From Octopus bimaculoides (lineage: Eukaryota), in the NCBI RefSeq assembly GCF_001194135.2, contig NC_068982.1, forward strand, positions 21,123,256 to 21,171,280: a stretch of DNA of 48,025 nt, given 5' to 3'. The stretch's first letter is position 1, and each line of letters starts with the position of its first letter. This document shows, piece by piece, positions 12,330-25,157 of the stretch. A model generated the notes under the pieces. That model was not told where the DNA came from. It did not search any database and saw only the letters and a list, made by a program, of their open reading frames with translations. Position numbers and translations under genes: made by a program.

Positions 12330-13290
12330 GAAATGAATTTCATTTATATCTTCATGCAATACACCAAGGTTAGTGCTTGATCACCACCCTTCTGAAATAA
12401 TTCAAAAACGTGATTCCATGCTCTCATTAAACTTCTGCAGCAAATCAAATAAACCTGTACCCAGGCCGTCTTTATTGCCGTCTCGAGTTCATCAACAGAT
12501 GGATACTCCTTGCTTTCTTTGTACACACCGTTCGTGAGATATTCCCAGGAATTTTTCTATAGGATTAAGGTTGGGACTTCTTACTGGACGTGCATTGTCC
12601 CGTTGAAATATAAAGTTTTCACCATGGAGCCTTCTTCATTCTTCGTCAATGTTAGCCCCTTCCAACATATCGATGAATCGCACAGCATTGAAACGCTCAT
12701 CTTCGATGACGAGCATTCTATGGGCAGATATTGCTCCCCACATCATAATACATCCTCCGCTTTTCCTCCGGGATAAGTTGAGTTTTGTACATATTCATGT
12801 GCACAGTAATACTTATAATCGCCCGGGCCATCCAAATTCCATTTTTTCTCAACAACGAACAGAACCTTGGTCTATTCACAATCCCACGTCTGATGCTACC
12901 GAGCAAACTCCAATTTCAGAGCTTTTTGGGACGTCTAGCTGATTTTCCAGTAGGAAACATCCGTTGTCAAAATCACTTTTCTTACGGCAAATATCGAGGC
13001 TTCTAATCCTGCTGATGGCGTATGTTTGGAATGTCCGCCAACACAAACCCTCTTGTAGCCGTCAAGATCTTTCAGAAAATGATCCATTGGCGTTATGCTT
13101 CACCGAATCTTCTTACGGTTACACATTCCTTCCACTTTTATTGCAATAATCGTCCTTTGCTTAATTTCGTAAAGCTTTGTAGCCGTAGGTGTACTGGAAA
13201 TGTAGTGTGGATCACGGCGAAAAGCAGTGAGTTGCATATTTTCCGAAACAATCAGGAAAGAAATGAAAATTTGTTAGTGGTTTTATAGTT
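12330..13290 (-). mobile_element. Tc1/mariner superfamily, Tc3-like transposase pseudogene
   Basis: Minus frames give PTATKLYEIKQRTII..HFLKDLDGY (Tc3-type HTH), EKKWNLDGP, GGCIMMWGAIS, FIFQRDNA, SPNLNPIE and YPSVDELETAIKTAW; many stops and frameshifts; TIRs not resolved. Confidence 0.88.
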
Positions 13291-13554
13291 TTGAAGTGTT
13301 GATATGCTAGGGAATATAGGAAAATCATGTGTTATGATTTGATAATAAAGGTACAATTTTTAGATTTTAAAAGATCCACGAAACAGCGTATTTCCAATAG
13401 ATTATGCCTCTTAGTTCGCTTAAATACGGAGCTAAATTCCTAACTAACTTTTAAAAACCTGTGGCTTTATAGTTCTATATAAATATATGGTGTATGTTTT
13501 TGCGTGTTTCTGTTTGTGTATGTATGTATGTATGTATGTATGTTTGTTTGTATG

Positions 13555-13595
<41 letters not shown>

Positions 13596-13877
13596 NNNNN
13601 NNNNNNNNNNNNNNNNNNNNNNNNNNNNNNNNNNNNNNNNNNNNNNNNNNNNNNNNNNNNNNNNNNNNNNNNNNNNNNNNNNNNNNNNNNNNNNNNNNNN
13701 NNNNGGATGATATATAATATTGAAACATATCCACGGAATTGAATGAATGTGGTTTACACACCGTTTATAGCCTCTGCTTTTTGTAAAGTTTATTTTCGAG
13801 CATTTTTTCCTGAATTTTTTATTTAATGCAAACTCACTCAACTACGAATGCTTTCACGAAAGCTTCCTGTTGTGTGG

Positions 13878-13931
<54 letters not shown>

Positions 13932-13933
13932 TG

Positions 13934-13969
<36 letters not shown>

Positions 13970-16900
13970 TCTGTATATATATATTTATATATAATTGTTA
14001 TCATTATTATTATTGTTATAGTGATATTTATTATTATCTGCTATCAATTTGAATTTCTTCAGTTGCTCTTTTGTTTTGAATTCCTAGTTATGAATAATGC
14101 TTCAGTTATGACATTTGTCTTTTTTAGCAGTTTTAATAAATATATAATTCTCTGGAAACCCCTCCTAAGCGCACATTGCCTTTCTACTTTAGCTTGCTTA
14201 TAAATAATATAGCAAGTGATGAAGTGAATTCTTCTCTCTTTGCTTATACGTACATATTAAAAATGTTTGATACCTATTATAGAATGGACATATTTCTAAG
14301 CTAAGTCTTAGATGTATTACTCTACAAGAACACACTTGTTTAATAAAAATATCTATGTCCGTCATAATCGCATTATATTATAACGATATATATTCAAAAC
14401 TGCAATATTTAAGCGTTCTTTCAAAGATGTCCGTCATTTATCAAATAATTTTTGAAACACTATCATGATGTTGCTGTTAAAACTTAAAATATCTTTTCTC
14501 TGCATAAATGACCATCTAATATTTATATCAAATTTTAAAAACAACATTTGGGTTACAAATGTAAGATCTCTACTCATTCCTTTTTTATTTCTTTCTCGTA
14601 TGTAATTTATATCGTTTGCCTGTGAAATTATTCTGTACCATATCAGTTATTTCTAAGAGGGTGTAGCAAGGCTTCTGTTCAGATTTTGCCATAGCTCTCA
14701 TGTTTTCCCAGTGCAAACCCAATATCGAATAATTTTCATTAATGTATGAGTGTACCCATAACGTATTAACGTCTTTCAAATTCCTTCTTTTTCATCTGCT
14801 GTCTTTTAGGAGAAATATTTTGTGGGACTGTTTCTTCTGGTGCTGAACGAATTAACTTCACAAAGACCCTCAGTTTTTATCCGCTTATATCGATACAAAT
14901 TCACCTAAACCATTGTAATTTCATACAAAATAAACAAAACATACAGACATCCTCGGCAAACAAAGAATTGTTAATAATGAAAGACTATTTCTATTTATAA
15001 TCGCATATTTCTCTCTCTTGCGGTTGTGAAATTCTTGCAATTCTATTTCAGTAATATTATTCAATTACTGCTGCTCTTTACACAATTGTTTTCTGTATAT
15101 TTTCGTTCTGCTTGTTGTAAAAGCAAACACCTTTACAAGAAGACTGCTATTGCGAGGACCGTGCTGCATAGCCTTCAAATCCATAAACACGATCTAACGT
15201 ATCTCCATAAACGGTAAATGTTGCCATTAAAAGTATTACTGTCTACGCTAACATGGACCGATCAATCGATGCTGCCATATTATGGCCAATGCTCTAATGT
15301 TCAAGCTAGAGAGACAAATTTTACAATCATAGCTGGCCAAGAATGCTGGTCGATGGCTTAATGATACAGAAGTTGTCAAAATTAAACATGAATCAGAGAT
15401 CCACTAAGCCACATTGTGAAATATGTATCTCTTACCACAGCACATCGTTCTCTTCCCTCTGATTGAGGTTTTTATTGTTACTTGCTTACGCTGTACTCGA
15501 CAACAGGCACCAAACTTAACTCGTGGTGTCGAATAAGGTTCATGAATTATATGCTGTGATTTAAACTCCTTCTACTACTTCCAAAATAATTTAGCAGTTT
15601 CTATAAAAGAAAACTACTAAGTGTTACGTTTGCTAGACTTTGTCCAATAACTTACTTGTTTATAGACTTTGTAACTAAAGAAAACGTGATTTAATGAATT
15701 ATTTAAAATTACGATTGTATTGTGTGTGGAATTTGTTTTCACACGTCATATATTTGCCAAGCGAAGGGTATAGCCCACTACAATTCTAGAAACGGAAACC
15801 GGTAATCCCTTGATCATCACATTTGCATGACTTTAAAATGGACTCTGTGAATGATATCATCACTACACTGTAAGCATAGAGGATCCAGGGAAGAGGGCGG
15901 GCGTGTACAAGCAAAAGCAGAATTCAGAATATGACTGCTTCTTTTTTTGAATGTGCATGAGAATAATGAATGTTAAAGTGAATCCCGGTAGGATTTCAAA
16001 CCAAAACACAGGGAACCTGACTGAATAGTGCAATACAGTCCATATGATGATTGTATAAATATTGTTAATACACTTCTTATACTCGCAATTTACAATGTTA
16101 TATTGATATTTTTCCTACGTGGTGACAGTTCATGAAGTGTTAGCAACAATCAATATTAAACAAACTGAAAGCGCATTATTTATCCCCTTCCAAAAATTTA
16201 TAATTTCATTAGAAATCCAACGTTTCATTCACTCATAACAATTAAACAAATATCTATGCAGGATTTTTCAGTCTGTATCCATACTATTTTCCAGGAAATA
16301 ATGTGTTGGAGATAAACATTCTTTCCCTCAGGTCTAACTCTTTAATAGTTAATGAGCGGCCTCTTGTTAAGAAAAAAAGTATATAGTTTTACTGCATCTA
16401 TCTTTTACATGACATTGTGAATTTCACTCTTTTAGAAAGCTAGAGAATTGCGTATAACAATGTTTGTGTGGTTTCATATGTAGTATGTATCAAACGTTAT
16501 GTTACATATATCACCATAGATTACTGCTGTCAAAGTTAATTCTTTGAGTCAGGGCATTTTGACAATGAATTTTTAGAGGTTATGAATAAACAATTCAATT
16601 TTCAGCTGGGTCCAGCAATGCTGTATGGAAAAGAATCACCTGCAAGATAGAACTATATTCTTAAATATCTTTATCACTTTAGTTGGATGTAGTGTCAGTT
16701 TATTATTCAATATTTTGCAAACCGAAGTCGTCCTTGCCAAAAGAATGTTCCACTTGCTAAGATAGAATAGATTTCTTGAATTAAATCATTTATCAGTAAA
16801 CTAACAATGACCAAACGGTGACCAATTCTACGCTGAGTAATGGTTGCTGATCGTGATGTAAAATCTTCCCCTTTGCCATGAAAGAATAAATTATGAATTA

Positions 16901-18640
16901 TAAGTAAGGAAATATATACACCCTCTGGCGATGTTATTCACTGATTGCTATCACTCCGGCCACTTCTAAATGGGTTACATTAATCCCAGCTATCAGAAAT
17001 ACCTAATCCCGTGAATCTCAATATTACCAAGGTACCTCTTTTTTATTTCTTAGCGTCTTGAAAGATCCGTCACGAAAATATTATTATAATTTGTCGTGTT
17101 TATCAATGACTGGTTATTTCTCTTTTCTCAAGCTTTATTTTGAAAAATGTACCAGGGATGTCATTATGGTTTAACAACATTAAAATTACGTTTAAATTGA
17201 GTATCTTTGCTATCTGTGGTCTTGATCTACTCAGGAAATATTATTAGAGATAAATTACAAGAAAATACCATATCTGAAATTACTCTTCTTTTAGTTACCC
17301 TTATGCTCCTAAGATTAATGTCACTTAATCTCAACCAAGATGTTTATTCCAATTAGGATATATAAATACAATATTTAAAGAAAATATAGATTTCCTATTT
17401 GCCAATGAAATGGCTCTAGGGGACTCGATTGTATGAATGGAAAGTAATGTAGGATTCGTCGCCTTAAGCGTTAGGATGAATTAAAATACGATATGTTTAT
17501 GTAGAATATTGAATAGACATTTCTAGTAGGCTAATGATAGGAGGTTATAAGTGAATTTCGCAAGTGCATTTCAATTTTCTGTTCATTGAATTTTCCGAGT
17601 GCTTTTTTTAAAGATATCGGATAATTCCTGGCCAAATATAATAAACTCGCATAAGATATTAAAATACCAGCATTGCTACCTTTCCTGAATACCAATATAA
17701 TAACAAATATTTACTATAAACTGAATTGAAACGCTTACACTAAGGAGCCTTATAAAGTCTTTTTGTAGCTATGTACATAACTGGACCTATTTTGCTCTAT
17801 TAATGTAAATGGTAGATCCTGTGGAGTATTGAACACGAAAACTTTGTTTAGTTAAGATCCTAATTCTATCGAGGAAATATTATGCTCAACAATGTTTATA
17901 TGAGTGGAAAAATCCAAATATCATAATTATAGAGAAGTAACTACCAAAAATATTACGTTGCAGAAGATTGTTGTATATTTAATCGTATTTTATACTAATT
18001 TTGTTTCTTATAACATTACCAAACTAATATAATGCATAAACTATTTAGTAGAATGTTAAATATTATGTCTTTCCGGTAAGCCCTGTAATGTATTCATTCA
18101 CATCTGCAATGCTAAAATGCATTATAAGAAGCCCTTCTAAAGCATATATACGGGTGTTCAAGCCCAAAATTTATCCTGCATATAAGCTTAGAGGTAATAG
18201 GGACAATGTGCTACATGTTATAATGATTACTGCTAGATGGAACTGGTTGAAAGAACATGTTCATTTAAAAATCATAAAGAGTAAGTTTCAGCCGACACCT
18301 TGATTCCTTAAGTAATACAGGTTTGTAAAATTCAATACCTGAATGTATCACATACTCAAAGTGTTTCAAGGCAGCAATTAATATTGCATTGCAGATGTTC
18401 AAAATATAGATACCTGGCATACAAACGCTTTCATGAAGTCATGTGATCCTCACTGCAGGTACACAGCATGCCCGTTTCGGTAACAACAGAGGTAGTCGTG
18501 ATCATACCTGGAATATTTGCTTGCTACTTTTATGTGATGACTGGAGATAAGATAGATCGTATCGGGATACTTTTCAGTTTCATAAAGACTACCATCACTT
18601 CAATACGATTTCATATTTTTTTTTTCTTCAGTAGATATGT

Positions 18641-18918
18641 AGTAAGAAGCTTCGTTCCCAACCACATGGTTCCGGATTCAATCCCACTGCGGGGCAGTTT
18701 GAAAAAGTGTCTTCTACTATAGCCTCAGACCAACCAAAGCCTTGTGAGAGGATTTGGTAGACGGAAACTGAAAGAAGCATGTCGTGTTTACGTTTCCGTA
18801 ACTTAGCGGTTCGGCAAAATTAACCGACAGTATAAGTACTAGGCATACAACGAATAAGATTTGTAAGGTGGTGCTCCAGCATGGCTGCAGTCAAATGACT
18901 AAAACAATACAAGAATAA
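18641..18918 (+). mobile_element. SINE family A copy lacking the central microsatellite
   Basis: gtaagaagcttcgttcccaaccacatggttccggattcaatccc (B-box-like) through cagcatggctgcagtcaaatgact; the 5' and 3' halves join directly near 18780. Confidence 0.9.
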
Positions 18919-19935
18919 TACTGAAAATGTCTGGAATATAGAAAAGAGGAAGACTAGTTGCGCCCTATGATACCCATTGACTTTCAATGCACAATCGTTT
19001 CTGATGTGGCAGTTAGATTACAACTATATAAATAAAATTCTGTCAATCTTTCAGGAGCATGTAGAAGTACAATTTCATCACAGCTGGGTGCATTGATCAA
19101 GATCTACTAATCCAAACACAGATTTGGAAATTCCTTGGACTGTTTCATGGATTTGCTGAAAGAGCTTCTGTTAATACTGGCCTCAATGTCCATCTTTGAA
19201 TAATCGATATCAGTAGATATCCAGTGATTTTTTCCAAAACTCACTAGAATTCATTTGATGAAATGTCAAGTAATCATTTTTTGTTCACAATTAACATCAC
19301 TTCCAAGATTCTTGACATAAAATCCACGAACAACATATTATTCTTGCTCTACATCATTGCGTGCACAGTCCCAACGTACTTCGAATAAGTATTTGACAAC
19401 TAAAGGAAGCGGCTTAAAATAAGAGGGAACCAGTATTGGAGAAAAACCTCGCAAGGTAACAAACATGCCCGCTGACACCAAATTACATCTGCAATGTCGT
19501 TTGTCTAAAACTTTGATTTCGGACAAGCAACTAAAATTAAATACATATCGATAGAAAACCTCTTATGCCGATGCCGGTTCTCAATACCATGCCTAAGTAG
19601 CTCAACAATCTTGTGACTTCATTTGCAATCTGGCACTAAATTGAAGCATGAGTACGGAGTGAGAAATCACTATTCGTAAGTTTGCTGCACAACGGGGCTC
19701 CGAAAACATTTATATTTATGTTTGCGTGTGTTTGAGTGTCTGATTGTGTCACTCTGTAAGTATTTGCATTTGCATTTGTGTATACATATATATATATATA
19801 TATATATANNNNNNNNNNNNNNNNNNNNNNNNNNNNNNNNNNNNNNNNNNNNNNNNNNNNNNNNNNNNNNNNNNNNNNNNNNNNNNNNNNNNNNNNNNNN
19901 NNNNNNNNNNNNNNNNNNNNNNNNNNNNNNNNNNN

Positions 19936-19988
<53 letters not shown>

Positions 19989-20314
19989 CGAAAGGCCGCG
20001 ACGAAGAAAAGAGAGAAATGGTGGCTTTTTCAACAAGTTGTTGTTGAACTTCGAGTTATTTTAAAGTAGTTATCTGACACGTAACATTACTTTTTTCTTT
20101 CTTGTGTGTTGTAGAACCACTATTAACACATTCCATTCCTTATTCCAGTTGTCCTATATCTTCGCCATCACAATTATTATCTTCCCACGCGTTTATTTAG
20201 AACATTCCAGTAAATTTTACTGACAGACATGTTTCTCTATTCCCATTTACGGACAGAATTTTCATTTTAACTTGTACTTATTCAACTTCAAAATACACTC
20301 ACTTGAAATTACAC

Positions 20315-20890
20315 CCTCACTCACCTGGAGCATATCGAACATTAGTTGTCAGACTACGCTGTGTAACATTTCAAAATGTCAGTACATTTTTATCAGTTAA
20401 ATTTCTAATATAAAACAACAGTAATTTTGCACTAGTCGAACCCGTTAATATTTCACGGAATTGATCGTAAACATGTTGGCTTATATCTGAAAACTTTAAC
20501 CAAAAGACCCGAAAGCGTAGCCTGTGTTGTGTCTGCATCGGAAGATAGTTGCTCATCTCCTCTTCTTTCAAAAGTGAACAAAACTGGAATACGATGATTA
20601 CTTATTGCACTTTATATTTATATTTTAGATTCTTCACGCTCAATTTTATAGACTTTAATACGCAACACACATAAAATATTCACTGTCATTTTTCAATTTA
20701 TCCCATAAACAAACAGAAACTCCTTTACATATGATACAACCTTTAGTTAAATTGTATATATCTGCCACGTAAATGAGCCTGAATATTTCACGGAATTGCA
20801 CTTATTCGCATGCATTAAGTGATAGGTGATATAAAACAAATCAGTTCAATCAAAACAAAAAATACATATTTCACTATCCAAACACCACCA
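20315..20890 (-). repeat. Copy 2 of the unclassified paralogous segment (partner 3480-4090)
   Basis: Reverse-complement alignment as for copy 1; ends in CAG|GTGAGT on minus at 20325. Confidence 0.85.
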
Positions 20891-20911
20891 CCTTTGTGGT
20901 CAAGAGCTCCA

Positions 20912-20992
20912 TTCAGTTTCTATCTACCAAATCCAGTCACAAAGCTTTGGCCGTCCTGACGCTATAGTAGAAGACACTTGCCCCAAGTTGCC
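20912..20992 (-). mobile_element. SINE family A fragment
   Basis: ttcagtttctatctaccaaatcc..aaagctttggcc..ctatagtagaagacacttgcccc. Confidence 0.85.
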
Positions 20993-21254
20993 AGAAACAA
21001 TCACGTTGGCACCTTGTCATAGCTCTATGTATATTTGCATGACAAACGTTATGCATAATCCATAACTTCATGGAGCGATATCTAACACTGGAAAGCATAA
21101 TTTCGAAACTATACATTCTTATTCACAGATCAATACTTATATTTCCAAATCAAATCCACTAGCATATATACTAAAACCAGGGTGATAAAATCGAACTTCT
21201 AATACTTTGTAATATGAGTTTTTGACCACTACAACTTTTAATAGTTGATTATCC

Positions 21255-21299
<45 letters not shown>

Positions 21300-21355
21300 A
21301 GCATATGAATAATTTACTTGTGTTATTCTGATATTATTCTCTTGTTTCCTTTCAG

Positions 21356-21411
21356 AATTGTCATTAGTCTGTCGGTGGTTCATGCGGCTGCAAATCTTAT
21401 ATAATATTGAC
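21356..21411 (+). other. Candidate internal exon (56 nt), gene unknown
   Basis: Strong acceptor ttattctcttgtttcctttcag| and donor GAC|gtaaga; one open frame (LSLVCRWFMRLQILYNID). No homology recognised. Confidence 0.3.
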
Positions 21412-21690
21412 GTAAGATTTTATTTCATGTCTGCATTAAAAGATTAATTCCTGTATGTGTTGACTTGTTTATAATCTTGCTTCAATATATCATGTTCCCT
21501 TGTCAAGTAAAATTGGCTTCGCTTGGCATCTGCAATAGAAGCCAGTACATTCTTTATTGTGAGCTGTTTAGCTGTTTTACTTACCTCATTTACAATATTT
21601 GCATTTAATATCAAAACGTGTTTTAACACAACACAGTACGCATACAAAGACACACACACTTACTCACAAATTCAAGCACAAACACACAGA

Positions 21691-21765
<75 letters not shown>

Positions 21766-23138
21766 NNNNNNNNNNNNNNNNNNNNNNNNNNNNNNNNNNN
21801 NNNNNNNNNNNNNNNNNNNNNNNNNNNNNNNNNNNNNNNNNNNNNNNNNNNNNNNNNNNNNNNNNNNNNNNNNNNNNNNNNNNNNNNNNNNNNNNNNNNN
21901 NNNNNNNNNNNNNNNNNNNNNNNNNNNNNNNNNNNNNNNNNNNNNNNNNNNNNNNNNNNNNNNNNNNNNNNNNNNNNNNNNNNNNNNNNNNNNNNNNNNN
22001 NNNNNNNNNNNNNNNNNNNNNNNNNNNNNNNNNNNNNNNNNNNNNNNNNNNNNNNNNNNNNNNNNNNNNNNNNNNNNNNNNNNNNNNNNNNNNNNNNNNN
22101 NNNNNNNNNNNNNNNNNNNNNNNNNNNNNNNNNNNNNNNNNNNNNNNNNNNNNNNNNNNNNNNNNNNNNNNNNNNNNNNNNNNNNNNNNNNNNNNNNNNN
22201 NNNNNNNNNNNNNNNNNNNNNNNNNNNNNNNNNNNNNNNNNNNNNNNNNNNNNNNNNNNNNNNNNNNNNNNNNNNNNNNNNNNNNNNNNNNNNNNNNNNN
22301 NNNNNNNNNNNNNNNNNNNNNNNNNNNNNNNNNNNNNNNNNNNNNNNNNNNNNNNNNNNNNNNNNNNNNNNNNNNNNNNNNNNNNNNNNNNNNNNNNNNN
22401 NNNNNNNNNNNNNNNNNNNNNNNNNNNNNNNNNNNNNNNNNNNNNNNNNNNNNNNNNNNNNNNNNNNNNNNNNNNNNNNNNNNNNNNNNNNNNNNNNNNN
22501 NNNNNNNNNNNNNNNNNNNNNNNNNNNNATATATATATATATGTATGTATGTATGTGTGTGTGTGTGTGTGTGTGTGTATAGAAAAATAGATATAAATGC
22601 ATGTATTTATAGGTGTGCGTTTATGTGTGTGCTTGTGTATGAATTCAGCATCATATAATCGATGCCTCCTGGTGGACTTCCATTGGAAACACTGCATTAA
22701 TAGGGAAATACTTGTTACCTATTCTTAGATTAAAACAAATACGGCGATCAATGAAAAGCATTGATCATACAGAACGTCTATAGTCATCTATAGGCTTCTA
22801 GTAACATAGTTTCGCTTGAAATTCAGAAAACAATAGTTTATTTGTAGTGCGGATTACGAAGCCTACTATTTCAACTTAGCCTTTAGATTTAACAAATTCC
22901 TTAATAAATATGTTTTACTTTCAGTTTAACATGTAAAACGATTCATGGTATACGATTCATAGTAAACGTGCGTGTGTGTGAACAAAATCACAACCACACA
23001 TGCACGCACACATAAATACATATATATATTTATCTAAATGTGTCTTGGTATATATATATGTGTGTATGTCTATGTGTGTGCGTGTGTGTTTGAGCGTACG
23101 TGTGTGCATATGTGTGTATGCGTGTGTGTGAGTGCGTG

Positions 23139-23183
<45 letters not shown>

Positions 23184-23770
23184 NNNNNNNNNNNNNNNNN
23201 NNNNNNNNNNNNNNNNNNNNNNNNNNNNNNNNNNNNNNNNNNNNNNNNNNNNNNNNNNNNNNNNNNNNNNNNNNNNNNNNNNNNNNNNNNNNNNNNNNNN
23301 NNNNNNNNNNNNNNNNNNNNNNNNNNNNNNNNNNNNNNNNNNNNNNNNNNNNNNNNNNNNNNNNNNNNNNNNNNNNNNNNNNNNNNNNNNNNNNNNNNNN
23401 NNNNNNNNNNNNNNNNNNNNNNNNNNNNNNNNNNNNNNNNNNNNNNNNNNNNNNNNNNNNNNNNNNNNNNNNNNNNNNNNNNNNNNNNNNNNNNNNNNNN
23501 NNNNNNNNNNNNNNNNNNNNNNNNNNNNNNNNNNNNNNNNNNNNNNNNNNNNNNNNNNNNNNNNNNNNNNNNNNNNNNNNNNNNNNNNNNNNNNNNNNNN
23601 NNNNNNNNNNNNNNNNNNNNNNNNNNNNNNNNNNNNNNNNNNNNNNNNNNNNNNNNNNNNNNNNNNNNNNNNNNNNNNNNNNNNNNNNNNNNNNNNNNNN
23701 NNNNNNNNNNNNNNNNNNNNNNNNNNNNNNNNNNNNNNNNNNNNNNNNNNNNNNNNNNNNNNNNNNNNNN

Positions 23771-23829
<59 letters not shown>

Positions 23830-25157
23830 ATGTGTGCGTGTGTGTGTATACATACATATACATATATACATACATGCGTGTGTGCATAAGTATGTATCAG
23901 AGCGTTCTGTGAACAATCTGGCAAACATATTGCTTCGATGTTACGTGTACGTGGGATATAGTTTATCGAAATTCTATGAATGAATGATAAATTTCTAAGA
24001 AGCAAAACAGTATTGATCAACATTCATGACATGATTCAAATGAATGACATTGTTGTACAGGTTCGATTGATTTTTTGATGATGGAATCCTGTTATCTCTG
24101 AAATCACGATTGTCCTTTTAAAAAATGTTAGAAAAAATGTAAAAATGTGATCTTCGAATTACTTATGAGATGATTTTGTCCTGAACGTTGTTAATCACTT
24201 TTGTCTAAGCACCGTTTGTGTCTCTCTGGTATAAATTACAGCCATGCCATATGTGCGCATCTGCGCAGATCACCGCACATATTCAGCTGCTACTGACTGC
24301 AATGGGTACATCATAGCTGAAGACCTTCATTCATGAAATGAAATCCGAACCCTCTATAAGGTACTCGAGCGTCTGTTGGCAGCTGCAAACAGTTGAGCTC
24401 AAAGTCTTGGGATGTAAGTGAATAAGGTTTATATAAGAATACGTCTTTACCATACTCCACAATCTCCAAGTCTTGACCATTTCGATTCAGTAAGAGCAAA
24501 TTGTCAACACGTTTGCAGATGAGATGCATAATATTGTTATATCGTGTGGTAGCATATTTTCGATATGGTGCGGTTCAGATATTGCTGCTCACAATTTTCA
24601 TTCCCATATGATCATTGATACAGCAGAACGAAGTAACTGATATTCCAACCCTGATTATCCGAGATTTTCATACATATATATTTAATCTGGGTTACATTAT
24701 CCAATATGCATGAATGACCATCATTAGTAAGACATTTTGTTGTTATCAATGAGGGGAGAAGTTTAGAGTATCGTATAGCCATGCAAGAAGCCATGATATT
24801 CAAATTTTGCTCTGTGTTATGTTTACCATCTTTCATTTTCTGATTTGGTTGATGATCAACCAATCCTTCTTTAAATGTAAGGAAATAAGCAGGATGTCTG
24901 TATCCTGTACGTTTGATATAGATTGGCTTACATATTAAGCAGGAAGAAATGTGAGAATAATAAATAGAAACGTAACATAATGTAAATGTAATTACAGGAT
25001 GGAAATGGAACCTTACCACTGTATCGTTTCGAGGTAATTTGTGAAAATAGAACCGAGGAGATCAGGGAGGAAATCTAGAGACCTAAGCGCAAAGGCGGAC
25101 GTCATGTATCAAGACTACAAGGATAGATACATGTATGACTATCTCTCTTTCTCTTTT

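Noticed and set aside
13444-13841. ORFs made of YI/HT/VC/RE repeats and X runs (also at 2714-3503, 10017-10455, 19722-20069, 21523-24023, 25041-25748, 42897-43586, 46741-47787)
   Set aside because: They are translations of microsatellites and N gaps, not genes.
14585-15220. Short minus-strand frames with an acceptor at about 14904 (e.g. APEETVPQNISPKRQQMKKKEFERR)
   Set aside because: Frames are broken by stops, no clear donor and no recognisable homology.
19060-19260. Minus-strand FWKK / KEFPNL, reminiscent of a hAT dimerisation domain
   Set aside because: Motifs lie in different frames with poor spacing; no S-x3-ER-x-FS motif.
24998-25033. Possible 36-nt plus exon DGNGTLPLYRFE (EF-hand-like)
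   Set aside because: No pyrimidine tract at the acceptor and the Glu is not at EF-loop position 12.
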